In this document: piece by piece, positions 25,219 through 37,363 of the stretch
Numbering within the stretch: position 1 is the stretch's first letter
Layout: the number at the start of each line of letters is the position of its first letter
From: Octopus bimaculoides
Lineage: Eukaryota
Reading direction: 5' to 3'
DNA length: 64,000 bases
Assembly (NCBI RefSeq): GCF_001194135.2
Contig: NC_069000.1
Location: 12,360,915-12,424,914, forward strand
The notes under the pieces: generated by a model
Told to the model about the DNA's origin: nothing
Database searches by the model: none
What the model saw: the letters and a program-made list of their open reading frames with translations, nothing else
Made by a program: the position numbers and the translations under genes

Positions 25219-25585
25219 AAGAGAGAAAGAAAGAAAGAAAGAGAGAGATAGAGAAAGAGAGGGACCTATATTTTTACATCTCTTATTCTCTGTTCCTCTT
25301 TCTCTGTGTTGCCCTCTTCTTCCTCGATTGGTTCTCATAGTTTCAACTTCGATGCTATTCTCTTTATACCTCAAAAAGTTGCCAGTTTCCTTCCGATTTG
25401 ATTGCAGGAGGATATTCTTACTCATCTTTAGTGAAAGGCATCCGAATATTTGCTGACATTTGTAACTTTCTACCACGAACTTGCTTCTTAACAATTCGAC
25501 ATTTTCCAACGGTTTCAGTGTTGTTTGTCACATAAAAAAATTGCTAAGTTCCGCAAATCGAATCACGTCTTCAATGAGGAGGAGG

Positions 25586-25925
25586 AGACCCCCTTCGGTC
25601 ATGAATGACCATGGGATTGCACCTAGAAAGTTACCCTCCGAGGCACAAGTCCAGGCAAGGTTGTTTATGGAAGACCAGCAGTCGTCCATGCATACCAGCT
25701 TCCCCACTCCATCCCACTGATGTTATCCAAGGGAAAGGCAAAGGCCGATACAGCTTGGCACCAGTGACGTCGCAACTCATTTCTACAGCTGAGTGAACTG
25801 GAGCAACGTGAAATGAAGTGTCTTGCTTAAGAAGAGCACAACACGCAGCCTGGTCCGGGAATCGAACTAACCATCTGTATGTGTCGTTAGCTCGACTCTC
25901 TAACCACTGATCCACGCGCCTTCAC
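25586..25925 (-). mobile_element. SINE family C, near full length (tRNA-derived head, CORE/Meta-like central domain, distinct tail)
   Basis: Minus strand: A box TGGATCAGTGGTT, B box AGTTCGATTCC, central AAGCAAGACACTTCATTTCACGTTGCTCCAGTTCACTC shared with 39720-39848. Tail ends ...CATTCATGACCGAAGGGGGTCT. Confidence 0.85.
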
Positions 25926-26333
25926 GTCTTNNNNNNNNNNNNNNNNNNNNNNNNNNNNNNNNNNNNNNNNNNNNNNNNNNNNNNNNNNNNNNNNNTATAT
26001 ATATATATATGCATGTATATATGCATACACACACGTGCGCGCGTTTGTGTGTGTGTCTGTCTGTATGTCTATGTTTGTGTGGATTGAGATAGGCTATGGA
26101 AATAAATATAAGTACATTTTTATGTTTGATATGCATATGTTTGAATATATATATATATATTTTTATTTATGAATATACATATATATTTATAGATATGCAT
26201 GTGTGTGCGTATGTTTGTGTGTGTGTGTGTCCGTGGATTGAGATAGGGTATGGAAATAAATGGATGTGCTAAAGGTATCTGCTAGAGCGCACGTGCACCC
26301 CTGAGTAATTTACATCTCTTTCATTTTCTTTCC

Positions 26334-26372
<39 letters not shown>

Positions 26373-27421
26373 ACTCACACTCACACTCACACTCACAAAC
26401 ACACGTCAAACGCAAGCTCCGCATATATTCGTTACTAAACGTCTCACTGTCTTATATGATATTGCATGCTTACAGAATATAATTTACGTATGTAATTTCT
26501 GTTTCTCCAGTAATGATAGCGTACCACTAAAAAGACACGATACCGCAATATAAAACTCCATTTTGTGAACACAGATTCACAAAGCGACAAGGAAGAAGAA
26601 CAACCTGAAGATATGAACTAGAAAGTCTTGCAGCAGTTGATACCTGTCATTTGTAATTGGTGCCAGCATTTTAATACCAACTCCCATTTGCTTCTGTCTA
26701 TTTCCATTTTAGCAAATCTCGTGTAATAGCTTAAAGATGTTTCTAGAATTTTCTAGATTTTCAAGGAAAGTAGGGCTTTGATATGTCTTCTTTTTTTCTT
26801 TTTAGCGAGGCAGCCTTGTGATGTGTCGGATAATTTCAATGGACATAAATTCAACGATACGTTCATAGATAGATACGTGAATACTTACAAACGCTAAGGA
26901 ACGCTCGCGCATATAGACACCAACAGACAGANNNNNNNNNNATATATATATATATATATATATATATACTTTCATTTATATATACTTCCGTATAGACACA
27001 CTGGCACACACTCTCACTTGAAGATATACTCACACGTACGTATGTATCCATTTATATACACAAAGTAGCTAAACTATACAAAACACGTATGATGTTGTGT
27101 GTGGGAATATATGCGTGACGTAATCAGTATGTGAATGAAATATATCTTGTAGAACATGACAGGATTCATAAAACTTCATGCAGACTTTCTTAGGAAACCT
27201 ATTAAAGCCTACCTTTAGTTTGATGTTAGTAAATAAAAGAATCATTGGACATAGCATTAGCTTTTCACTAGAATATCTTAAATGGTTGTAGCATATTTTA
27301 TTTATCATTATGGACCACAAAGGAACTGGTACACAAATGGCCACATGAACGCTAACACTGGCATAGTCATACGAACGCAGATATATATATATATATATTT
27401 TTTCCTCTATACATACATATA

Positions 27422-27467
<46 letters not shown>

Positions 27468-28329
27468 TGTGTATGTATGTATGTATCCATATACATTACA
27501 AACATATGGACTCTCTTGGTCATAAATAGCCNNNNNNNNNNNNNNNNNNNNNNNNNNNNNNNNNNNNNNNNNNNNNNNNNNNNNNNNNNNNNNNNNNNNN
27601 NNNNNNNNNNNNNNNNNNNNNNNNNNNNNNNNNNNNNNNNNNNNNNNNNNNNNNNNNNNNNNNNNNNNNNNNNNNNNNNNNNNNNNNNNNNNNNNNNNNN
27701 NNNNNNNNNNNNNNNNNNNNNNNNNNNNNNNNNNNNNNNNNNNNNNNNNNNNNNNNNNNNNNNNNNNNNNNNNNNNNNNNNNNNNNNNNNNNNNNNNNNN
27801 NNNNNNNNNNNNNNNNNNNNNNNNNNNNNNNNNNNNNNNNNNNNNNNNNNNNNNNNNNNNNNNNNNNNNNNNNNNNNNNNNNNNNNNNNNNNNNNNNNNN
27901 NNNNNNNNNNNNNNNNNNNNNNNNNNNNNNNNNNNNCTGTACAAGGTTGATTTTGTAAGAAAAACATGTGAACATCCCAAACTGATATCACGAAAGCTTA
28001 ATTCAACTGAATGTATTTCAATTCCTTTTCCGTTCTCTTGCAGAATGACTAAATTGCTTTACAAACCATTGAAACCGGTTGCGTTTCTTTTTATAAAAAC
28101 CGTATGCATTTTCTTTCTTCTGTTTAAGTATACATGCATCAACATATATATATATATATATATATATACGTATGTGTGTGTGCATTGGTTTTTTTTTATA
28201 TATATATATACTGACAATATATCGTTATGTAATAATAGTTTTAAGAAATGTCGAATATAACAAATAAATTAAATTTAATAGTACATAGATAAGATAAACT
28301 GAGCAACACACAGAGAATATGGCTGCTAC

Positions 28330-28440
28330 ATATTTTATTGATCCTGGAATGATGAAAAATGAAGAATACTGCGAGGAAATTCAATAAAATATACGAAGTC
28401 ATTTTGTCAGATTCTTTACCGAATTTGTTCATCTGCCATC
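28330..28440 (-). mobile_element. SINE family A, old diverged copy
   Basis: TTTTATTGATCCTGGAATGATGAAA...ATACGAAGTCATTTTGTC...CTGCC follows the A reverse complement at low identity. Confidence 0.4.
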
Positions 28441-28599
28441 CTTCTCCCAGTATGTATATCAATGACATAAGAAGTATACATTTTTTTATGTAAATAATGT
28501 ACATAATCCCTCATCTCTTAAATATAGAACTGTATAAGAAGTATATCTCCCCCAATCCACTGCCCCAGTCCGGCATGTTATGTTAACGATCAGGAAACT

Positions 28600-28685
28600 G
28601 TGAGTGTCAAAGTTAACCTAAGCGGTATTTTGAACTGTCGCAAATCGTTTTGTTCCACGCGCTAACGATTCTGCCAACTCGTTTC
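28600..28685 (-). mobile_element. SINE family A, head fragment with internal deletion
   Basis: GCGCTAACGATTCTGCCAACTCG is the reverse complement of the A head. Confidence 0.7.
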
Positions 28686-28970
28686 TTAGGCTATTGACCA
28701 AGTACCCTAATCAGAAATCAATAACACGGTCGAGGAAACATACACAACAATAGATTCAGACATTGAGGCACGAACACAGTACACTCTTGTACAGTCTAGT
28801 CTCTATGTGTTTCTGTCTATCTTCAGTGCACTTCCTCCTGAAATCTCACTGTCTGATAAAGGAGTCAGGCTGACAGAGTAAAATAGAACGTCAGACAGAA
28901 TAACTTCAACGTCTGCTTCATGGTTTGACTTTTTTATTTCCAATCCCACTGAAGTCAAATTTGCATTTCA

Positions 28971-29168
28971 TGGCAGAATCGTTAGCACGCCGGGCGAAAT
29001 CCTTAACCGTATTTCGTCTGTATTTATGTTCTGAGTTCAAGTTCTGCCGAGGTCGACTTTGCCTTTTATCCTTTTGGGGTCGATAAATTAAATGCACTGG
29101 GGTCGATGTAATCGACTAGCCCCTTCCCCCAAATTTCAGGCCTTGTGCCTATTGTAGAAAGGAATTAA
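28971..29168 (+). mobile_element. SINE family A, near full length
   Basis: TGGCAGAATCGTTAGCACGCCGGGCGAAAT...GAGTTCAAG...GGGGTCGATAAATTAA...GGGGTCGATGTAATCGAC...CCTTGTGCCTATTGTAGAAAGG. Confidence 0.92.
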
Positions 29169-29400
29169 ACAGGTTTGATCAAATAAGGTACTCATCCAGG
29201 ATGGTAAATTAACAGAACTGTTAGACTGTAGACTCACNNNNNNNNNNNNNNNNNNNNNNNNNNNNNNNNNNNNNNNNNNNNNNNNNNNNNNNNNNNNNNN
29301 NNNNNNNNNNNNNNNNNNNNNNNNNNNNNNNNNNNNNNNNNNNNNNNNNNNNNNNNNNNNNNNNNNNNNNNNNNNNNNNNNNNNNNNNNNNNNNNNNNNN

Positions 29401-29444
<44 letters not shown>

Positions 29445-29811
29445 GATAACTATTTGTACATATATTCGTGTGTGTTTGCATGTGTGTGTGTGTGAAAGTG
29501 TGTATGTATATGTGTGTGTGCTCGCGTTTGTGCGTAAGAATGTTTTTTTAAAAAAATCTTACTGACATGTTGTCACCGGAAAAAAAAATATCATTCTCAA
29601 GATTAAACTTAAAGTAAACGCAAAATCTACAAGATTGTTTTGTTGTTTGAAATGTCAACTATTTCCACTTTGACAGATTTTCATTAAGCAACGTCATTAA
29701 TCAACTTTTGTCTTTGAAGAATTCTCAGGAAAATGGCATAAACGTCGTATAGTCTCTTATTTTATCCTAGCCAGTTTTCCGCTGGTATACTGATATAGTA
29801 AGCATGTCTAC

Positions 29812-30068
29812 ATTATGCACAAAGCCTGAAATTTTGTTAGGGAGATTCTAGTCGATTACACTGTTTATCTGGTACTTAGATCATCGACCCTGAAAATATA
29901 ATAGGCAGAGTCGACCTTAGCGGAATTTGATCTCAGAACGTAAAGACGGGTGCAATGCCGCTATGCTAGCTCACATAATTGTACTGATATATTGGTTTCA
30001 AATTTTGACACAAGACCAACAAGTTCGGGAAAGTGGGGAAGTGGGATTACATCGACCCCAGTGCTCAA
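29812..30068 (-). mobile_element. Two adjacent SINE family A fragments (about 29812-29970 and 29990-30068)
   Basis: Reverse-complement A motifs: GCACAAAGCCTGAAATTT, ATCGACCC, GAGTCGACCTTAGCGGAATTTGATCTCAGAACGTAAAGAC, then a second tail TTTCAAATTTTGACACAAGACC...ATTACATCGACCCCAGTGC. Confidence 0.8.
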
Positions 30069-30291
30069 ACAACCAACCAGTCACCTTGTCTGATGCTGGT
30101 GTATTAATAACTGCTGAATCGGCAAAATATGTTGAGCTGAGAGATGATGGGAAAAGAAATGTTTTCAATTTGTAAGTAATAACTACGAAGTTACGATATG
30201 CATCTTTCACTGGCTCGAAAAACAATGCTGTAAATAGGGAACATAGTAAATTAAATCCCACAATTTTAACTGAATTATTGGCTGAGTATTA

Positions 30292-30519
30292 TTGGGTTGT
30301 CCTGAAAGTTCGTACCGATTTTTAATGGAAAGAAAAAGGTCAATAAATACTTGCCATTACGTTTTTAATCAACCAAATATGAACCATTTTGTTGCACGAT
30401 GCGTTTCCATCTTTCCTTTAATTTGAAAATGCCCTCTTCCCAGAATTGAAGTGGTTTCATGTCAAATAAGTCGAAAGGTAAGCTACTATAAATCGGCACG
30501 AACTTTCCGGACAACCCAA
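30292..30519. mobile_element. 228-bp mariner-type MITE with 30-bp TIRs and TA target-site duplication
   Basis: Left TTGGGTTGTCCTGAAAGTTCGTACCGATTT versus right reverse complement TTGGGTTGTCCGGAAAGTTCGTGCCGATTT (28/30 identical). TA at 30290-91 and 30520-21. Confidence 0.92.
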
Positions 30520-30540
30520 TACATCTATGAAGATAGGGTA

Positions 30541-30632
30541 GCGAGATGGCAGAATCGTTAGCGCACTGGTTAGAATGATTTGTGGCATTTGTTCAGGTTT
30601 CACGTTCTGAGTTTAAATTCCGCTGAGGTTGA
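30541..30632 (+). mobile_element. SINE family A head fragment
   Basis: GCGAGATGGCAGAATCGTTAGCGC...ACGTTCTGAGTTTAAATTCCGCTGAGGTTGA. Confidence 0.8.
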
Positions 30633-30669
30633 GTATGCATGCATATATATATATATATAGATATATATG

Positions 30670-30815
30670 CGACGGGCTTCTTTCAGTTTCCGTCGTCCAC
30701 ATTCATTCGCAAGACTTTGGTTGATCCGAGACACCCAGGTGCCACGCAGTGGAACTGAACCCGGAACTATGTGGTTGGGAAGCAAACTTTCTACCACACA
30801 TCCACGCGTGCACCT
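30670..30815 (-). mobile_element. SINE family B, 5' half (tRNA head and CORE-like segment)
   Basis: Similar to 33142-33273. Minus strand TGTGTGGTAGAAAGTTTGCTTCCCAACCACATAGTTCCGGGTTCAGTTCCACTGCGTGGCACC contains A/B-box-like motifs. Confidence 0.85.
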
Positions 30816-31444
30816 ATACATACACATGCGTTTGTGAGTGTGTATATGTGTGTGTGTGTGTATGTATGTGTGTGTGTGTACGTGCGTGTGAGTGCGTGTG
30901 TGTTGGTACAATATGTATGTATATGCATGTTTGAACACAGTCACAGCAGCTGGTTTGACTGAGAATTAAGTGCATCACCCAGAATGCAGCGCGCAGAATA
31001 ATGTCCGCGACTGGATTCGATTTATCAATGCTTTTAACAGAAGACGAGACTTAACAGATAAAACTTGAAGCATCTTTCATGTAAAACATTATTCCTTAAT
31101 ATCAATAACGAATACCAGTATGAAACTGACGTCTGAGAGATGAGAAATTTCAAGTGGAAATATTTCCTACACTTCAGCCAACATGCCTATGTCTATCGAT
31201 ACAGGGCTATGTCTACCATTCTCTGTTACTATTCACAATTCACTGTTTATCTTTTGCCGCGACAGCCAAATCCTGTCGTGTAAACATTATGACATTTCGC
31301 CCTATTGGTTTGCCTAATCGATCAGCTAGTAACACCAGAGATATATTCCAGACACGTAAAACTATCACGACTACTGATTCGCGTACAGTATAAATTTATA
31401 TACACTATACAAACATCTATGCATATATAATGTATATACGTACA

Positions 31445-31478
<34 letters not shown>

Positions 31479-32294
31479 CACACCGTACATACGTGTACAC
31501 GTAAGTAAATGTATAAATTATATGTATATATATATATATANNNNNNNNNNNNNNNNNNNNNNNNNNNNNNNNNNNNNNNNNNNNNNNNNNNNNNNNNNNN
31601 NNNNNNNNNNNNNNNNNNNNNNNNNNNNNNNNNNNNNNNNNNNNNNNNNNNNNNNNNNNNNNNNNNNNNNNNNNNNNNNNNNNNNNNNNNNNNNNNNNNN
31701 NNNNNNNNNNNNNNNNNNNNNNNNNNNNNNNNNNNNNNNNNNNNNNNNNNNNNNNNNNNNNNNNNNNNNNNNNNNNNNNNNNNNNNNNNNNNNNNNNNNN
31801 NNNNNNNNNNNNNNNNNNNNNNNNNNNNNNNNNNNNNNNNNNNNNNNNNNNNNNNNNNNNNNNNNNNNNNNNNNNNNNNNNNNNNNNNNNNNNNNNNNNN
31901 NNNNNNNNNNNNNNNNNNNNNNNNNNNNNNNNNNNNNNNNNNNNNNNNNNNNNNNNNNNNNNNNNNNNNNNNNNNNNNNNNNNNNNNNNNNNNNNNNNNN
32001 NNNNNNNNNNNNNNNNNNNNNNNNNNNNNNNNNNNNNNNNNNNNNNNNNNNNNNNNNNNNNNNNNNNNNNNNNNNNNNNNNNNNNNNNNNNNNNNNNNNN
32101 NNNNNNNNNNNNNNNNNNNNNNNNNNNNNNNNNNNNNNNNNNNNNNNNNNNNNNNNNNNNNNNNNNNNNNNNNNNNNNNNNNNNNNNNNNNNNNNNNNNN
32201 NNNNNNNNNNNNNNNNNNNNNNNNNNNNNNNNNNNNNNNNNNNNNNNNNNNNNNNNNNNNNNNNNNNNNNNNNNNNNNNNNNNNNNNNNNNNNN

Positions 32295-32336
<42 letters not shown>

Positions 32337-32757
32337 AGTAATTACTAATTGACATTTAAAGTTCATATTCAATGACTTCTGAACACGAGAACTAATGAAA
32401 AAGTCTCAATGTAGTCACTTAATCCGAGTCGATATATTATCTATCAGTGACTAACTGAATAGTCAAAACTGGTTTTCAATGACCAATGCAGTGTTGAGTA
32501 TAATAAACACAAATAAATAGAATGGGGGCGTAATCCACCAGGTTGTCAATAGTTACTATCTATTGTGTCGATGTATCATATGTTTATGCACTTTTAGCTT
32601 TATTTATCAGACATGCACTATTATATGCCGCGAGATATCAAATTTCTCAGGAACAGAAGCCATGAGTAAAGCTTTCCGTAAAGCTCACCATAGGTTTCCT
32701 TTGTTTATTAGTGTCATAAGCCAGGGGGGGGGGGGTAACTAATATTTTTTTTATCGC

Positions 32758-33021
32758 TTATCTTTTACTTGTTTCGGTCAATAGAGCGCGACCGTGCTGG
32801 AGCACCGCATTGAAGAGTATTTTAGTCGAATGCAGTCTACCCCCATTACTTATTTGTTTTTTGCTAAGCCTGGTATTTATTCTATCGGTTCATACTGCTG
32901 AACCGCTGTTACAGGGACGTAAACACATCGACACTGGTTCTCTAAGAGTAGTGGTGAGACAAACACAAACGCATACACATATACATACATACGTAGTACG
33001 TACATACATGCATACATGGAA

Positions 33022-33071
<50 letters not shown>

Positions 33072-33099
33072 GACTATATATATATCTATATCTATATAC

Positions 33100-33145
<46 letters not shown>

Positions 33146-33273
33146 TCCGATTACCAAATCCACTCAGATTGTTTTAGTCGAACCAAGGCTATAATAGAAG
33201 ACACTTGCCCAAATAGCCACGCAGTGAGACTGAACCCGGAACCATGTGGGTGGGAAATTAGTTTCTAATCACA
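32758..33273 (-). mobile_element. SINE family B, near full length, with an internal (CA)/(TACA)/(TA) microsatellite
   Basis: Tail half 32758-32970 (TCTTTTACTTGTTTCGGTCA...GCTGGAGCACCGC...GGGACGTAAACAC), microsatellite 32970-33141, head half 33142-33273. Confidence 0.88.
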
Positions 33274-34814
33274 AAGCTGTTCTAACTTAAGATCCTCCAC
33301 ACAAACAAGATAACCAAAAGTAGATGCACATCGTACTTGGTGTATGATAAATATTTGTTATGTAAGTTTAAAAGTTGCGCTTTATCCCTATCTCAGATGT
33401 GGTCTGGTAGGTCTGTGTATCTAATACCCAAGGCATTAACGCTCTATTAAACAGAAGTGAATATTGTGTTTATCTCTTTGTCTGTTCCACAGTGAATAGG
33501 GTATTATCAAAATTTCACCATGGGATTCACATGGTCTGTCTTCCTCTCCTTCAACGAGGGACAGTAAAACAATAGAAATGTTTAGTGTTATAAGGCGTAA
33601 ATGCTCGAAGTTTCTAGACGGTAAAAATATGTGTGCTTGAATATTCATGATTCTTCTTTACCCAAATCTTTAGTGTTATTTTGGTGAAACAAAGAGAAAT
33701 GTCTCTGTGCACAAACCACATTGAACGTGGTTAAATATTTTTATAGCTAGACAGCAGTGAATAACTTGAACGAGTTATACAATCAAATACTTGGTTTCTC
33801 TCTAGATCAGAGACATTCATTAATGTATGATCAGTTCTATTGACATTAAGGGAGATTAAGATTAATAAAGGAGGGAGGAAAAGCATTGAGATATAAGCTT
33901 CATATTTTTCATGCGTTCGAACACATGCAGCAGGAATGAAGAATAATAGCTAATAACTGCAGTTATTGAAATGGGATGACAAGAATCAATTTACATACAG
34001 ATTAGCGTCTATTAAAGAATGTAAATGCTAATTCTAAATTGAAAACGATCAGAAAGAGCTCTGAGAGAAAATACGTCTTTTAAATATTTTAAATACCCAG
34101 AATTTTTCTGTTGATCATGATAATGTTTATTTAGCAAAGTTCTTTCCAATAGAAGGCTAAAGACTTTATTTATTCATTTTTATTTGATTTTATTTTATAA
34201 TTGACAGATCAGGACTACCCACGTTGTTTAGAAACAGCTCTTAAAACGTTTGTTGCAGATTCTATCTTAATCGCTTCCAGAAATAAATCAATTAAATTCG
34301 TCTAATAATGTAAAATGATCTAAATTAGACTGTTGTATAGTTTTCGCTAATAATTATATTGGAAGAGAAACTGGAACCTCAGCAATAGGCGAAAAAAAGT
34401 GTATCTAATAATAAGATTGTAATTAGACCGGAGATGAGAAATTATTTGTAAACGAACCAGTTGATGAAATAACAGGGTAACTATTGAAGCAACAGCAGAT
34501 GGTGATGCAGCTCGATACAAACCTTTATCAGCATATTTTAAACTGGGTGCTAACATACTTAAATTAATGAGCCATAGACTTTTAATTAAATAGAATTACA
34601 CCCATTAGCAGACTAATTAATTATGACTATGAATATCATGAGACAATATCGGGGTCCAAATTAATCACAATGAATTTAAAATAGAATGAAGTGGGGTGTT
34701 ATTCTAATATACTAGTGGTCGGGGGAAACTTTGGGGAGGTTTCTATCTTATTGTATTCATCAGCCAAACTGGTACTTCTAGAAATAATATCCTACACGCT
34801 CACGCACATACACG

Positions 34815-34852
<38 letters not shown>

Positions 34853-35009
34853 AACACACACACACACACACGTACGTACGAACTTTAGTAAATAAACGGT
34901 GTCGTGTGAAAGTTTAAAGCAATAAGTGAATAGGAGGGGTATTTCCCAGGGTCGCCTGTTGCATAGGAAAGAAATGAAGTAGACAAGAACACACATAATG
35001 TGATCAAGG

Positions 35010-35055
35010 AAGCATTTTGCTCGGCGTGTTAACGATTCTGCCACCTCGCCGCCTT
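35010..35055 (-). mobile_element. SINE family A, short head fragment
   Basis: AAGCATTTTGCTCGGCGTGTTAACGATTCTGCCACCTCGCCGCCTT. Confidence 0.75.
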
Positions 35056-35539
35056 AATTCCTATAAAAAATATCAGAAGTTCATTCATTTACATATTATA
35101 TACACATAACAAAAATGTATTCGTACTTGGATTCAAAAAATAATTTATTACATAATACCATATTACGAATGAACAGACTGGAAGTTGTAACAATTATTCC
35201 TTTTTTTCTCAAAGAAATTAGTGAAAAGTTCCAAAGTGAGAAATTTTGTTTACTTGCATATTGGTTTTGCTGGGAATTTACACCCTGCCATAGTACCTGA
35301 CACGCATTTTTCTTTAATAGCAGCCGTTTACCGAAATTTCATTTTTTTTTTCATTATTTTTACTTTTGTCTTTTTTTTTGTCAACGTTTTATCCTGTCAG
35401 ATATTAAGCGCACCTACTTACATCATTACGTCTCCTCATACACACTACGTGAGGTATTTCTCGTTCTTACATACATGTCATTCACAGCAACGCTCTTCAT
35501 TTAATCATCAAAAATAAAGGTTTAAAAAAAGACACACAT

Positions 35540-35601
<62 letters not shown>

Positions 35602-36311
35602 GGATTGAATATCTTGTTAAAAGTCATGAGGAATATAATTTCACTTATTTTCATCGGGTGTCCGACAAAAAAAAATATTTAAACTCTCAACACACGTGTT
35701 GTTTGAAATGAAAGAAAAAAAATACTTTCTTAACTTCGAGGGATTCTAAATCAGACAATCTTTGAGATTCTGTTACTGTGACAGGAAACTGTAAACAAAA
35801 CAACAAAAAATGAGTGATTCTCTATTACAGTTTCTTCATTTCATTCTATCATCATCATCATCATAATCACCATCATCAATATAATTTTTTTTATTTATTT
35901 ATGTATTTATTTTGCCACGTAAATTAACCTATTGTGTTTTATTCCCATATTGAGAACCTCTTCCGGTTGCATGCCATAATCCCGAGTGTTAAACATCTGT
36001 ATGTTGGAGTTTTACATCTGAAGAATATACCAAAATATCATTTTGGATATGTTTGACATAAATTACAACCAGGAATTTTACCAATGCTGCACCTGGCTGC
36101 AAGATTCGAAATTGATGTTTCCGAAATAGTCCAATAGTCATTCTAGCTACAACGTTTGCAAATGGCATAGTTTTACCGAATATATATATATGGGCGTGAG
36201 TTATAATGAAGTTCTTATTTATGAGTCACACCCAAGTATTCGAAGACTATTTGAAATCATGAATGCCACTCGCTAAATTCCTGATTATGCGTGAGAGTAT
36301 TAGAGTCAAGA

Positions 36312-36462
36312 ATTGGCAAAGAATCAAACAAAATATTTTGCAGTATTTAGTTACATATCTTTATGATCTGAGTTCAATTCCAGTCTTAGTTGAGTTTACA
36401 CTTCATCTCTCATATCAATACAATAAATTTGTCAGTCAAATACTGGGGCTGCTTTAACCGAG
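36312..36462 (+). mobile_element. SINE family A-like old diverged copy
   Basis: GGCAAAGAATC...AAAATATTTTGCAGTATTT...TCTGAGTTCAATTCC...CAGTCAAATACTGGGG follows the order of A motifs. Confidence 0.5.
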
Positions 36463-37320
36463 TATTCCCTCTGCTACACTGCGTTACGATACATAGGGTG
36501 CCCTCAGTACAGTGATAATCTATTCCTTGTTAGTGTTCTGTTGGATACGAACGTGAATATGTCCTTACGGTGGATTTCGCCATCCAAGAACGTCTCTTCC
36601 CTTTCAGCGAATTGTGTTCATAACACACGCGAGTCGTGAGTCACAGATTCAACAATGTAGGAAGAACTTCAAGATGCCGCGGTGTTTCGACCACATTGTT
36701 TATCATCTCAATCGAAGTTACCACTCGGCAAAACCGATGAATCTTACTAGTGCAACAGCTCTTAATTATAAGAATCATGAAGAAAATAATTTGCTAATGC
36801 GTGCACATGTCTGATCAGTACAGCCAGAATCCTAACAATGATGTATCTATTCATTCTTATGAGGTGTTGTCTGGTGGCGTAAAACAACATAGTTCAGATA
36901 TTCACAATGCGATGGAACGAAACGTAGTACAAAAAAAAAACAAAAGAAAAAAAACGGATACGACGTTGTCTGGATATTCGCGCTTCTGCATGGAACCTTT
37001 GGACTATTATCTGTTTGGCAGACATCTAAAAACATCAGCATATAGCTTATTTGTTGATTTCTCTTAGCAAAAAGCTCTTGGTCTTGAAAGATTCCTGGCC
37101 GTGGTTTAATTTCGACTGAGGAGACATATAACGAGATTGAAACACCGCAGTGTTTCGAAGCTCCCTTACACAGGTCAACCAGTGGATCACTTGTGTTATG
37201 AAGACACATCGCCTTAAACTGAGTAAGCATTTTCCCGTAGAGAAAATCAACAACGATCAGATATTCAAAAAGGAATCTCCCATAAAGTATCAAGTGTCAT
37301 TAGATGCATTATTATTATTG

Positions 37321-37363
<43 letters not shown>

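Noticed and set aside
25341-25461. 121-nt open segment after a pyrimidine tract (FQLRCYSLY...FADI)
   Set aside because: Weak donor (T|GTAACT), no homology, and the tract is a CT-microsatellite extension.
30081-30171. Open segment TLSDAGVLITAESAKYVELRDDGKRNVFN ending at GTAAGT
   Set aside because: The acceptor has no pyrimidine tract and directly abuts a SINE fragment; no homology recognised.
34487-34610. Protein-like frame VTIEATADGDAARYKPLSAYFKLGANILKL
   Set aside because: No start codon, no credible acceptor and no recognisable family.
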